Assembly: GCA_003278125.1 (NCBI GenBank)
Contig: QCGX01000007.1
Span: forward strand, 418-64,417
Reading direction: 5' to 3'
Length of the DNA: 64,000 nt
From: Pelagibacteraceae bacterium AG-390-C22
GTDB lineage: Bacteria; Pseudomonadota; Alphaproteobacteria; Pelagibacterales; Pelagibacteraceae
The notes beneath the pieces were generated by a model. It searched no databases and had not been told where the DNA came from. It saw nothing but the letters and a program-made list of their open reading frames with translations. The translations under genes were made by a program, and so were the position numbers. Shown piece after piece: positions 1 to 10,066 of this stretch (position 1 is the stretch's first letter; each line of letters opens with the position of its first letter).

Positions 1-1179
1 AAATTATTAAAAAGAATTAATATTTTTAATAAAAAAGAATACCTTTGGAGAACTTTTAGTGCAGATCAATTAGATCTAAATTTTAAAAATCCATCTGTAC
101 TATTAAGATTTATAAAAATAATGATTAATCTTATCAATCATGGAATAACTGTTTTTAGATTGGATGCAATTGCTTATCTTTGGAAAGAAAGCGGTACAAA
201 ATGCATCAATTTAAAACAAACACATGAAATAATAAAACTTTTAAGAACAATTTGTAGTTATCTAAATGTGGAAACTATAATTGTTACAGAAACAAATTTA
301 CCCGAACAAGAAAATCTAAGTTATTTTGGTAAAAATGATGAAGCTAATTGGATTTATAATTTTTCTCTACCACCATTATTAATTCAAGCTTTTTTATTTG
401 AGAATAGTAAATATTTAAATCAATGGAGTAAGAAACTCCCAATGACAAAAAATGGGAATAGTTACTTAAATTTTATATCATCTCATGATGGAATCGGTAT
501 TAGGCCCACAGAAGGAATATTTAATAAAAAAGTATTAAAAAACTTTCTTAAAAGACTAAAAAAAAATGGATCAAAATTTTCTTATAGAAAAATCGAAAAT
601 AAATCAAAAAAAGTCTATGAGGCAAATATAACTGTTTTTGATGCCCTTAAAAAATCAGATTATGACTTAAAAGGAAAATTTTATTTAGAACGATATGTTT
701 CTGCACATTCAATTATGATCTCTTTTGAAGGAATCCCTGCATTATACTTTAATTCTTTGTTTGGAAAATCTAATGATGAAGCTAAGTATATAATAACTGG
801 AAATAATAGAGATGTTAATAGATATAAATGGAATTATAAAAATATTTCAAAAAAACTTAATAACAAAAATTCCAGACAAAGCGTATTTTTTAAAAAAATT
901 TCAAATTTACTTAATGTCAGAAGAAAGCAAAAAGCATTTCACCCTAATGCCTCAAGACACCATATAAACCTTGGGTCAAAAATTTTTTCTTTCAAAAGAA
1001 TAAGTATGGATAAAGCACAAACTATAATTTGTATTACAAATTTATCGTCAAAAATTCAAAGAGCACGCCTAAATAAAACTTATCATAATTGGAATAATTT
1101 AATCAGATCTAAAATTGAAATAAAGAATAAGCTTTTAATATTAAAACCCTTTGAAACTATTTGGTTGAGTAATAGATAG
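1..1179 (+). CDS. GH13 sucrose-phosphorylase-family glycoside phosphorylase (sucrose/glucosylglycerate phosphorylase-like), 5' end outside the window
   Basis: Frame 1 is open from nt 1 (KLLKRINIFNKKEYLWRTFSADQLDLNFKNPSVLLRF...), upstream of the listed ATG at 121. It carries GH13 region II FRLDAIAYLWK (catalytic Asp), VTETN, and region IV SSHDGIG. Confidence 0.75.
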   Translation, partial: KLLKRINIFNKKEYLWRTFSADQLDLNFKNPSVLLRFIKIMINLINHGITVFRLDAIAYLWKESGTKCINLKQTHEIIKLLRTICSYLNVETIIVTETNLPEQENLSYFGKNDEANWIYNFSLPPLLIQAFLFENSKYLNQWSKKLPMTKNGNSYLNFISSHDGIGIRPTEGIFNKKVLKNFLKRLKKNGSKFSYRKIENKSKKVYEANITVFDALKKSDYDLKGKFYLERYVSAHSIMISFEGIPALYFNSLFGKSNDEAKYIITGNNRDVNRYKWNYKNISKKLNNKNSRQSVFFKKISNLLNVRRKQKAFHPNASRHHINLGSKIFSFKRISMDKAQTIICITNLSSKIQRARLNKTYHNWNNLIRSKIEIKNKLLILKPFETIWLSNR

Positions 1180-1247
1180 TTTTAAGTCTTTTGTATCTAC
1201 CAATCATTGAATAAATAGTTTATTCATACTAAAAATAATCAAATTCA

Positions 1248-3074
1248 ATGAACTATAAAATTAAAAATTTAATTTTGGTTTTAAGCATTCTCCTAAGTTT
1301 TATTATCTCAATATTATTTTGGAAAAATATTGCTTTAGATTATAGCAATATAGGAGATGTAATAGGTTATTACTCAGAAAACACGATTAGTGAGAGAAAT
1401 AATCTAATACGATTTGTTTTTTTTACAGGCTTCCCAATTATAGTTTTTTTCATTTTAATTAAAAACTTTTTTTTCATGAATGTAAGTTTAAAAAATTTAT
1501 TTTGTTTAAACTTAAATGAAAAACAAGATGAAAATAATTATTTATTAATTATCTTATTTATTTCTATATTATTCGTAACAATAAACTATTTGGCAACAGA
1601 TTTATTTGTAAACTCTTTAGATTATTTTCATGAGGGTTTAACTCTTAGCATGGCCTTCAATTATTATAAAACTGGTCTAATATGGGAAGGTTCCTATTTA
1701 TCTAATAGTCTGTTTAGTGACATATATACTGCAATTATTCCTTGGAAAATTTTTAATAATATTACAATTGGATCTTATAAAGTTTTTCATTATTTTTTAA
1801 GATATTTAACTGAAATTTTTCTTATACTTTTTATTTATAAATTCTCATTTATTTTTAATTTAAAAAAAAACACTCAAATAATTTTTTTTGTAATAATTAC
1901 TTTAATCTTGTTAAAACTAAACAGAGATTTAACAGAAATATTTTATCCTTTTAGATATCGAGACATACCAATTTTTATTTTACTATATTTAGCTATTGAT
2001 TTTATTAAATTTGAACATCGAAAATTATTTACTCCATTTTTCTTAGGTTTTTTTTCTACTCTTGCTATATTTTGGAGTCTAGACAGAGGAATTTATTATC
2101 TAATTAGTTTAATAATTCTTCTATGTCTAGCAATGGTAAGAAAAAGATATTTAGCAAGCTCATTATTAACAGTGGGAGTATTTTTATCTTTTTTATCTTC
2201 ATATATTTTTTTTGGTCCTTCTGAAACTAAGAGTTTTATTTATAATTCAATGAACATTGTAAAAGATTTTAATCTTTTTGCTGGTTCACCTTATCCAACA
2301 TTATTTGATTTTGAGAACAAACATTCATCAAGAGGAACTATAAATTTATTTGTTATTATATTTAATGGATTTTTAATTTCTTTAATTTTATTAAGTAATA
2401 AATTTAAATTGAACAATAATTCAAAAATATTTTTATTTTTCTTTTTTATTGTTTCGTGTTTGATATACACAAGTGCTTTAAGCAAACCAGATGGATATCA
2501 TATGAAACAATCTATTTTTTTTAGCAAAAGCCTTTTGATTTCCTTATTAACTTTCCTTCTTTTTCAAAAAAACTATTTTGATGATGTAAAAAAATTCAGA
2601 TTAATTTCATATATATTATTAGTTTTATTTGTCTTAAAAGATTTAATCATTATTAATTATTCAAACGTCATATCATTTAAAGAAAGAAACATTAATATTA
2701 TTAAAAAAGAAGACGATTTCTTTTTAGAAAAAAAATACATAGATTTAAAAGATTTTGTATCAAAAAATTACAATCTAAGTTGTGTTCAATTATTCTCTTA
2801 CGACGTAATATTGCCTTACTTACTGAAAAAGAAAAATTGTACAAAGTTTAATTTTTTATATGTAGTTTCTTCAAATAAAGTTCAAAATAAAATGATTTAT
2901 GAGTTAAAGGAAGAAATGCCAAACTTTATTTTTTTGAACGAAAAATATGATTTTTTAACTTTAAAACCAGTTGAATATAGATTTAAAAAAATAGCACTTT
3001 TCATAAATAAAAATTATAAAATTGATAAAAAGATAGACAATTGGAATATTTATATAAGAAAAAAAGTATACTAG
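1248..3074 (+). CDS. Large polytopic membrane protein of unknown function (more than 10 predicted TM helices plus a roughly 130 aa soluble C-terminus)
   Basis: 608 aa ORF with repeated hydrophobic 20-residue stretches and extreme AT and Ile/Phe/Leu/Lys bias. It shares a CTAG stop with the convergent GT2 gene. No recognisable catalytic motif. Confidence 0.55.
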   Translation: MNYKIKNLILVLSILLSFIISILFWKNIALDYSNIGDVIGYYSENTISERNNLIRFVFFTGFPIIVFFILIKNFFFMNVSLKNLFCLNLNEKQDENNYLLIILFISILFVTINYLATDLFVNSLDYFHEGLTLSMAFNYYKTGLIWEGSYLSNSLFSDIYTAIIPWKIFNNITIGSYKVFHYFLRYLTEIFLILFIYKFSFIFNLKKNTQIIFFVIITLILLKLNRDLTEIFYPFRYRDIPIFILLYLAIDFIKFEHRKLFTPFFLGFFSTLAIFWSLDRGIYYLISLIILLCLAMVRKRYLASSLLTVGVFLSFLSSYIFFGPSETKSFIYNSMNIVKDFNLFAGSPYPTLFDFENKHSSRGTINLFVIIFNGFLISLILLSNKFKLNNNSKIFLFFFFIVSCLIYTSALSKPDGYHMKQSIFFSKSLLISLLTFLLFQKNYFDDVKKFRLISYILLVLFVLKDLIIINYSNVISFKERNINIIKKEDDFFLEKKYIDLKDFVSKNYNLSCVQLFSYDVILPYLLKKKNCTKFNFLYVVSSNKVQNKMIYELKEEMPNFIFLNEKYDFLTLKPVEYRFKKIALFINKNYKIDKKIDNWNIYIRKKVY

Positions 3075-3784
3075 CTATTTAATTTATTTTTTAATTTATA
3101 AATTTTATATAAGCCAGTAAGAGATTTAAAAATTTCTTTAAAAGTTACTGAGCTCTCCCCTCTAGTCCTGTTAACAAAAGTAGACTCAACCTCTTTAACC
3201 TTAAAGTTATTATAATAAAGTTGAACTAGTATTTCTGAAAGAATAATAAAACCGTCACCTACTTCTCCACAATTAGCAGTTACGTGTTTTGCTGCTTTAT
3301 TCGAATATATTCTAAAACCGTTTGTATAATCACTAATTGGAACTTTTAAAATACTTCTAGCCAAATTATTAGCTAAAAATGAAAGTAATTTTCTTTGTGG
3401 TGGCCAATTTATAATCTTACTTTTTTTTAAATACCTGCTAGAGATCAATAAATCCATATCTTCATTTAAAAAAAAATTTAAATTACTAATTATCTCATTA
3501 GGCTCATGAGATAAATCAGCATCCATTTCTATTAAATATCTACAACTAAAATTTTCTAAGGCATAATTCATGCCTGCTATTACAGCCGATCCTCTTCCAC
3601 CTTTTTTATCTCTATGTATATAGTGAACATTTTTATACTGGCTTATAATTTCTTTAATATCTTGATTAGGTGAGTCATCTACTATTATAATCTTTATATC
3701 ACTAGATAGCGTATAAATTTTTTCCAATAAAACTCCTATATTATTTTTTTCATTAAAAGTGGGTATTATAATATTTAGTTCCAT
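3071..3784 (-). CDS. GT2 polyprenol-phosphate glycosyltransferase (Dpm1/ArnC/GtrB-like)
   Basis: IIIPTFNE start, IIVDDSPNQD (DxD-type), GRGSAVIAGM, and EMDADLSHEP, typical of dolichol/undecaprenol-phosphate sugar synthases. Soluble, 237 aa. Confidence 0.8.
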   Translation of the reverse strand: MELNIIIPTFNEKNNIGVLLEKIYTLSSDIKIIIVDDSPNQDIKEIISQYKNVHYIHRDKKGGRGSAVIAGMNYALENFSCRYLIEMDADLSHEPNEIISNLNFFLNEDMDLLISSRYLKKSKIINWPPQRKLLSFLANNLARSILKVPISDYTNGFRIYSNKAAKHVTANCGEVGDGFIILSEILVQLYYNNFKVKEVESTFVNRTRGESSVTFKEIFKSLTGLYKIYKLKNKLNS

Positions 3785-3864
3785 ATAATTAATTTATTAG
3801 GTAATTGTACAAACTTACAAATATATATATTTTTATTACATAATTTATACAATATAAACTTCGT

Positions 3865-4818
3865 ATGAAAAAAATTTTATTCTATAACTCTGGTGGAGGT
3901 CTTGGTGATTCAATTCAATTATTCACATTAATATTGAGCCTTAAAAATCACTTTAAAGACTCAGAATTTTATTACCTTGGAGCACATGAGAATCACTTTC
4001 AGGGAAAACTAAAAGAATTTAATATTGATATTAAGACTTTAGATCTGGGTTTAAAATATTTTGGTTTTAGATGGTGGCATTTTCTTTCAGCTAAACGAAA
4101 ATTCATTAATCAAAATTTAGAAAAAATACATCTAATAATCGACTTACAATCTAAATTAAGAAATACAATAATTTTGAAAAAAATACCGCATGAACATTTT
4201 TATTCATCCACTTATGGATTTAAATTTTGCACAAAAAAGACCGAGTATTCATCAAAAGATCATCTTGAAAATTTAAGCAACTTTTTAAATACCAACATTA
4301 AAATATTAAAATTTAATCTAAACGATTTAGAAAAAAAATATAAAGACGAGGCAGAAAGATTGTTGCCTGATAATAATTATATAGGATTTTCATTAACTCA
4401 AGGTAATTTATACAGAGAAAAAAGATGGCCTATAAATAAATTTATGGACCTCGCGACCAAAATTGTTGAACTAAATAAAATTCCCGTTTTCTTTATTGAG
4501 AAAAAAGAAACTGAATTGATTGAAGAAATCAAATCTAAAATACCTAAAGCAATATTTCCTGAATATCACTCTAATATTTCATGCCCTGCTCTAGTGACAG
4601 CATTAGCTTCTAGATTAAGTTTGGCTATATCAATTGATAATGGAGTTATGCACATGATGAGTCTAGCTAATATTCCTATGATTGTTTTGTTTGGGCCTAC
4701 AGACTCAGATAAATTTGCTCCAAAAATTGATAAAATTAAAGTTATAGATAGTAAAAAAATTTATAAATCTAAAAATATTAATACTATAACAGTTCATGAT
4801 GTTTATAAATTGATTTAA
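3865..4818 (+). CDS. Glycosyltransferase family 9 (heptosyltransferase-like)
   Basis: N-terminal GGGLGDSIQ and C-terminal DNGVMHMMS...LFGPTD blocks, characteristic of the GT9 ADP-heptose:LPS heptosyltransferase fold. Confidence 0.7.
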   Translation: MKKILFYNSGGGLGDSIQLFTLILSLKNHFKDSEFYYLGAHENHFQGKLKEFNIDIKTLDLGLKYFGFRWWHFLSAKRKFINQNLEKIHLIIDLQSKLRNTIILKKIPHEHFYSSTYGFKFCTKKTEYSSKDHLENLSNFLNTNIKILKFNLNDLEKKYKDEAERLLPDNNYIGFSLTQGNLYREKRWPINKFMDLATKIVELNKIPVFFIEKKETELIEEIKSKIPKAIFPEYHSNISCPALVTALASRLSLAISIDNGVMHMMSLANIPMIVLFGPTDSDKFAPKIDKIKVIDSKKIYKSKNINTITVHDVYKLI

Positions 4819-5573
4819 ATCTTTAATATTTCAATTTTTTTAAATCTAGCTAACTTAATAAGATCTCGGTTAACTTTTTCTAATTTCATTTTTGATGTAG
4901 ATCTGCTTACAATTGAAACTCCTATTTTTCCTAATCTAAAAAAAGGATAGCTGCCTATATCTACAAATGTTTTATATTTTTTTTGAATGAGACCTAATTT
5001 TTTTGAAATATTGCTCTCAACTGTAAAAAGATTTAATGTTTTACTGTGTACCTTTGAGCCTTTAATTAGGTATCTCTTACAATTTTCAATCATTGAATTC
5101 AAAATAGAAGGTACGCCTGGTAAAGAAATAATATTTTTAATAATAAACCCTGGAGCAGCACTTGAAGGATTATAAATTAACTTTGCTCCTCTCGGCATTT
5201 TAGCCATTTTTTTTCTACCATCATTAAATTTTGATTTACTATAATAATTTTCTAAAATTTTAAATGCTTCTTTATGATATTCGTATTTTACATTTAAGGC
5301 TTTTGAGATTGATTTTGCGGTTATATCATCGTGTGTTGGACCTATCCCTCCAGTTGTAAAAACGTAATTAAAATTTTTTGACAGTTCTAATATGTTTTTA
5401 ACTATTACTCTCTCTAGATCAGGAATAATTCTTACCTCATTTACTGAGATTCCACATTTTAAATTCAACCAATTTGATATAAATGAAACATTTTTATCTT
5501 GAGTTCTTCCTGATAGTATTTCATTGCCTATAACTAAAATTGCAGCATTTACTTTTTTGTTTTTTTTCTTCAT
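4815..5573 (-). CDS. CinA-like molybdopterin-binding (MoCF_BD) domain protein
   Basis: AAILVIGNEILSGRTQDKN and TTGGIGPTHDDIT motifs. At 252 aa it has only the N-terminal CinA domain, with no PncC deamidase domain. Confidence 0.8.
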   Translation of the reverse strand: MKKKNKKVNAAILVIGNEILSGRTQDKNVSFISNWLNLKCGISVNEVRIIPDLERVIVKNILELSKNFNYVFTTGGIGPTHDDITAKSISKALNVKYEYHKEAFKILENYYSKSKFNDGRKKMAKMPRGAKLIYNPSSAAPGFIIKNIISLPGVPSILNSMIENCKRYLIKGSKVHSKTLNLFTVESNISKKLGLIQKKYKTFVDIGSYPFFRLGKIGVSIVSRSTSKMKLEKVNRDLIKLARFKKIEILKI

Positions 5574-5589
5574 AGATTGATAATTATAT

Positions 5590-6285
5590 ATGAACTTTGA
5601 GAATAAACTAATATCAGGAATTTTTATAAAGAGATATAAGCGTTTTTTTGTAGATGTGCAGATAGAGAATAAATTAGTAACAGCTCATTGCCCAAATACT
5701 GGGTCAATGCTAGGTCTTTTAAATGAAGGAAATAAAGTTTGGTTAACCAAATCAGATAATCCTAATAGAAAATTGAAGTATACCTTGCAAATTATTGAGG
5801 ACAATAAATCAAAAGTTGGAGTAAATACTCATTTAACAAATAAAATTGTTTTAAATGCATTAGAAAATAATCTTATAAAAGAATTCAATAAGGATATCAA
5901 AATTAAACCGGAAGTAAGATTTGGTGAGAGTACAAGATTTGACTTCTTAATTTCTAAGAAAAATTATAAGGCTTTCATAGAGGTCAAAAATGTGACATTA
6001 AAAAGAAAGCCTAAAATTGCAGAATTTCCTGATGCAATAACATCAAGAGGAGCTAAACATATACATGAATTAATTAAAGCCAGCAAAAAAGGTTATAAAA
6101 TTTACATTGCTTTTATTATTCAACGTGAAGACTGCGATCAGCTTTCTATTGCAAGTGACATAGATCCTGAATATTCCCAAATATTATCTAAGGCGATTAG
6201 AAATAAACTAAAAGTACTTTGCTATGATTGTAAATTTTCATCAAAAGGAATAAAACTAAATAAAAAAATAAAATTAAAATTTTAA
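5590..6285 (+). CDS. sfsA: SfsA family sugar-fermentation stimulation protein / nuclease
   Basis: FIKRYKRFFVDV and AHCPNTGSM near the N-terminus, then EVKNVTL and ITSRGAKH. Typical SfsA size of 231 aa. Confidence 0.85.
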   Translation: MNFENKLISGIFIKRYKRFFVDVQIENKLVTAHCPNTGSMLGLLNEGNKVWLTKSDNPNRKLKYTLQIIEDNKSKVGVNTHLTNKIVLNALENNLIKEFNKDIKIKPEVRFGESTRFDFLISKKNYKAFIEVKNVTLKRKPKIAEFPDAITSRGAKHIHELIKASKKGYKIYIAFIIQREDCDQLSIASDIDPEYSQILSKAIRNKLKVLCYDCKFSSKGIKLNKKIKLKF

Positions 6286-7040
6286 TGAGTATAGATTTTA
6301 AAGAGTCTTTTGAAAAAACTAGGGTTGCCGGATCTATTGCGGCAGGTACTCTTGATGAAGTGGCTAAAATAATTAAACCAGGTATTACTACAAGTGAAAT
6401 TGATAATTTATGTTATGAATTTATAAATGATCATAATGCCTACTCTGCTCCATTGTATTATAGAGGATTTCCAAAATCATGTTGTACATCAGCAAATCAT
6501 GTTGTGTGTCATGGCATACCGTCAGATAAAACTTTAAAAGAAGGCGATATACTTAATGTAGACGTCACAGCTTTTAAAGATGGTTGGCATGGAGATACTA
6601 GCAGAATGTTTGAAGTTGGAAATGTTTCGGTAAAAGCAAAAAAGTTGATAAAAACAACTTATGAGTCAATGATGAAAGCAATTAAATTGTTAAAAGAAAA
6701 TGTTCAATTGGGAGATATTGGCTCTACTATACAAGAACATGTAGAAGCAAATGGATGTTCAGTTGTTCAAGATTTTTGTGGACATGGAATAGGGAAAAAA
6801 TTTCATGAAGAGCCTACTATTTTACACTTTGGTAAAAAAGGAACTGGAGAAAAAATAAAAGCTGGTATGATTTTTACCATTGAGCCCATGATAAACTTAG
6901 GCAATTATGAAACAAAAACATTGAATGATGGATGGACTGCAGTTACAAAAGATAAGTCGTTATCAGCACAATTTGAACATACTGTTGGTATAACAAAAGA
7001 TGGATACGAAATTTTTACTCATTCAAAAAAATTTGGTTAA
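6285..7040 (+). CDS. map: Methionine aminopeptidase type I
   Basis: Canonical M24A ligand motifs are present: GDILNVDV, FCGHGIG, FTIEPM, QFEHTV. TAATG overlap with sfsA. Confidence 0.95.
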   Translation: MSIDFKESFEKTRVAGSIAAGTLDEVAKIIKPGITTSEIDNLCYEFINDHNAYSAPLYYRGFPKSCCTSANHVVCHGIPSDKTLKEGDILNVDVTAFKDGWHGDTSRMFEVGNVSVKAKKLIKTTYESMMKAIKLLKENVQLGDIGSTIQEHVEANGCSVVQDFCGHGIGKKFHEEPTILHFGKKGTGEKIKAGMIFTIEPMINLGNYETKTLNDGWTAVTKDKSLSAQFEHTVGITKDGYEIFTHSKKFG

Positions 7041-7049
7041 TCTACTAAA

Positions 7050-8345
7050 ATGATTGAAAGATATTCTAGAAAAGAGTTAAAAGATATTTGGAGTGATTAT
7101 AACAAATATTCTATTTGGTTAAACATTGAATTAGCTGCTGCTGAAGCAATGGAAAGATTAAAAATTATTCCAAAAGGTGTTGTCAAAAAAGTTAAATCCA
7201 AAGCAAAAATTAACGTAAAAAGAATTTTATATATTGAGAGCAAAGTAAAGCATGATGTAATTGCATTTTTGACCTCTATAACTGAAAAATCTGGAAAAGA
7301 GTCAAGATATCTTCATAAAGGCATGACTTCCTCTGATGTCCTAGACACGTGTTTCAATCTACAACTAAAACAATCAGGTGAAATTCTTCTAAAAGATATT
7401 GAAGAGTTATTAAAATCTATAAAAAAGCAGTCAATCAAACATAAATTCACTTTATGTATGGGTAGAAGTCATGGAATACATGCTGAACCAATTACTTTTG
7501 GATTAAAATTATTAACTTTTTATCAAGAATTTTTGAGAAATAAAAACAGATTAGAGAATTCAATTAAAGAAATATCAACTTGTAAAATTTCAGGAGCAGT
7601 TGGAACTTTCGCAAATGTTGATCCAAGAATTGAAAACCATGTTGCTAAAAAATTAAAACTTAAGGTAGAGCCTGTTTCAACACAAATCATTCCTAGAGAT
7701 AGACATGCTCAATTTTTTTCTACATTAGGAATTATAGCAAGTTCAATTGAGAGATTTGCAGTAGAAATTCGACATCTTCAAAGAACTGAAGTTTTAGAAG
7801 TAGAAGAATTTTTTGGAAAAAAACAAAAAGGTTCTTCTGCAATGCCGCATAAAAAAAATCCAATTTTAAGTGAAAACTTAACTGGTTTAGCAAGACTAAT
7901 CAGATCGAGTGTGGTGCCAGCATTAGAAAACGTTGCCTTATGGCATGAGAGAGATATTTCACACTCGGCTGTTGAAAGAAATATTGGTCCTGACTCTACA
8001 ATAGCACTCGACTTTGCTCTAAGTAGATTAAACAATGTGGTAAAAAATTTAAATGTTTATCCTAAAAATATGTTGAAAAACCTTAATATTACGAATGGTA
8101 TTTTTTTTTCTCAAAGGGTCTTGCTAGAATTAACTTCAGTTGGACTCACTAGAGAGAAAGCTTACAAAATTGTTCAAAAAAACGCTATGAAATCATGGAA
8201 AAATAATTCTCCTTTTTATGAAAATATTGCTGCTGATAAAAATATTACAAATAAAATACCTGTTAATAAGCTTAAAAAATTATTCAATTTGAGTTATCAT
8301 ACTAAAAAAATTAATATAATTTTTAAAAGAAGTTTAAAAAAATAA
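7050..8345 (+). CDS. purB: Adenylosuccinate lyase
   Basis: MIERYSR start and the fumarate-lyase signature GSSAMPHKKNP. 431 aa, heading the pur gene block. Confidence 0.95.
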   Translation: MIERYSRKELKDIWSDYNKYSIWLNIELAAAEAMERLKIIPKGVVKKVKSKAKINVKRILYIESKVKHDVIAFLTSITEKSGKESRYLHKGMTSSDVLDTCFNLQLKQSGEILLKDIEELLKSIKKQSIKHKFTLCMGRSHGIHAEPITFGLKLLTFYQEFLRNKNRLENSIKEISTCKISGAVGTFANVDPRIENHVAKKLKLKVEPVSTQIIPRDRHAQFFSTLGIIASSIERFAVEIRHLQRTEVLEVEEFFGKKQKGSSAMPHKKNPILSENLTGLARLIRSSVVPALENVALWHERDISHSAVERNIGPDSTIALDFALSRLNNVVKNLNVYPKNMLKNLNITNGIFFSQRVLLELTSVGLTREKAYKIVQKNAMKSWKNNSPFYENIAADKNITNKIPVNKLKKLFNLSYHTKKINIIFKRSLKK

Positions 8346-8351
8346 ATCAAT

Positions 8352-9143
8352 ATGAATAAAGGAAACAAAATATACGAAGGTAAAGCTAAAATTATCTACG
8401 AAACAAAAGATAAAGATTTAATTATTCAACACTTTAAAGACGATGCAACAGCTTTTAATAATTTAAAAAAAGCTAAAGTTGAAGGCAAAGGAGTGTTAAA
8501 TAATAGAATCTCAGAATATATTTTAACAAATCTGGGTCAATGTGGAATAAAAACTCACTTAGTTAAGCGACTTAATATGAGAGAACAATTAATTAGAAAA
8601 GCTGAAATTTTTCCAATAGAATTTATAGTAAGAAATATTGCTACAGGCTCATTAACAAAAAGATTAGATATTTCTGAAGGAACTGTATTAGAAAAACCAT
8701 TATTGGAATATTGCTATAAAAAAGATGAACTTCAAGATCCTCTTATTTCAAAAGAGCATATTTATTCTTTTGGTTGGGCAACCGAAGATGAAATAAAAAT
8801 TATAGATAAGATTACATTAAGAATTAATGACCTGCTCCTAGGACTGTTTCGAGGAATAGGAATTAAGTTGGTAGATTTTAAAATTGAATACGGTAAAGCA
8901 TGGAATAAAGATACAGAAAAAAAAGAAATTGTTCTTGCTGATGAAATTAGCCCTGATACTTGCAGATTATGGGATTTAAAAACAGAAAAAAAATTAGACA
9001 AGGATAGATTTAGAAAAGATCTTGGAAATGTTATTCAAGGTTACCAAGAGATAGCAAGAAGATTAGGTATAATGCCAGAGGAAACAAATATCAGTGAAGT
9101 TAATTTTGGCAAAACGACTTCAATAAAATTTAAAAAAAAATAA
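8352..9143 (+). CDS. purC: Phosphoribosylaminoimidazole-succinocarboxamide (SAICAR) synthase
   Basis: YEGKAKIIY, LADEISPDTCRLWD and KDRFR motifs. Confidence 0.95.
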   Translation: MNKGNKIYEGKAKIIYETKDKDLIIQHFKDDATAFNNLKKAKVEGKGVLNNRISEYILTNLGQCGIKTHLVKRLNMREQLIRKAEIFPIEFIVRNIATGSLTKRLDISEGTVLEKPLLEYCYKKDELQDPLISKEHIYSFGWATEDEIKIIDKITLRINDLLLGLFRGIGIKLVDFKIEYGKAWNKDTEKKEIVLADEISPDTCRLWDLKTEKKLDKDRFRKDLGNVIQGYQEIARRLGIMPEETNISEVNFGKTTSIKFKKK

Positions 9144-9144
9144 A

Positions 9145-9384
9145 TTGAAATTTTCAGTTACAGTTACATTAAAAGAAAATGTGCTAGATCCACAAGGTAA
9201 AGTTGTACAAAACACGTTGCAGAGTCTAGGAATGGATAATTTAAAGAGTATCAGACAGGGTAAATACTTTGAAATAGAGCTAAATGACAATGATCCACAA
9301 AAAGCAGAAAAAAAAGTTGATGATATGTGTAAAAAACTTTTGGCTAATTTGATCATAGAAGACTACAAAGTAAATAAGATTTAA
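9145..9384 (+). CDS. purS: FGAM synthase PurS subunit
   Basis: TTG start one nt after the purC stop. KENVLDPQGKVV and CKKLLANLIIEDY match PurS. 79 aa. Confidence 0.9.
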   Translation: MKFSVTVTLKENVLDPQGKVVQNTLQSLGMDNLKSIRQGKYFEIELNDNDPQKAEKKVDDMCKKLLANLIIEDYKVNKI

Positions 9385-10061
9385 TGAATTCTTCAGTTAT
9401 TGTTTTTCCAGGCTCAAATTGCGACAGGGATATAGCGGTCGCTTTAGAGAAAATGCAATTTAAAAACCAAATGGTTTGGCATAAAGAAACTAAACTTCCC
9501 AAATCGGATCTAATTGTTATCCCTGGTGGTTTCTCCTATGGAGATTATTTAAGATCAGGTGCTATTGCAGGAAAATCATTAATAATTAATGAGGTTATAA
9601 AGTCGGCGAACGATGGTTGTTTAGTTTTAGGGATTTGTAATGGATTTCAAATATTGACAGAAACAGGATTGCTGAAAGGAGTTTTATTAAGAAATAAAAA
9701 ATTAAAATTTATTAATGAAGATGTAAATATTAAAGTTATTAATAATGATACTAAATTTTCGAATAAATATAAAAAGAATCAGGTTCTTAAAATCAATATT
9801 GCACATAATGAAGGTAACTATTTTACAAACTCAGATCATTTAAAGGAGTTAAATAATGAAAACTTAATAGCATTTAAATACTGTAATGAAAGTGGAGACA
9901 TAAATCAAAGCTCTAATCCTAATGGTTCTTTAGAAAATATTGCTGGAATATTTAATTCAAAAAAAAATATCTTAGGTATGATGCCTCATCCTGAGAGAAT
10001 GGTTGATAACTTAATTTCTAACACAGACGGCGTAAATCTATTTTCAAGTTTACTTAATTAA
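9384..10061 (+). CDS. purQ: FGAM synthase glutaminase subunit
   Basis: FPGSNCDRD, the class I GATase nucleophile elbow GICNGFQ, and MMPHPER. TAATG overlap with purS. Confidence 0.95.
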   Translation: MNSSVIVFPGSNCDRDIAVALEKMQFKNQMVWHKETKLPKSDLIVIPGGFSYGDYLRSGAIAGKSLIINEVIKSANDGCLVLGICNGFQILTETGLLKGVLLRNKKLKFINEDVNIKVINNDTKFSNKYKKNQVLKINIAHNEGNYFTNSDHLKELNNENLIAFKYCNESGDINQSSNPNGSLENIAGIFNSKKNILGMMPHPERMVDNLISNTDGVNLFSSLLN

Positions 10062-10066
10062 TAATA

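Noticed and set aside
1208-1226. Hairpin TGAATAAA-tag-TTTATTCA after the phosphorylase gene, as a possible terminator.
   Set aside because: The stem is almost all A/T with no following T-run, so it cannot be distinguished from chance in this composition.
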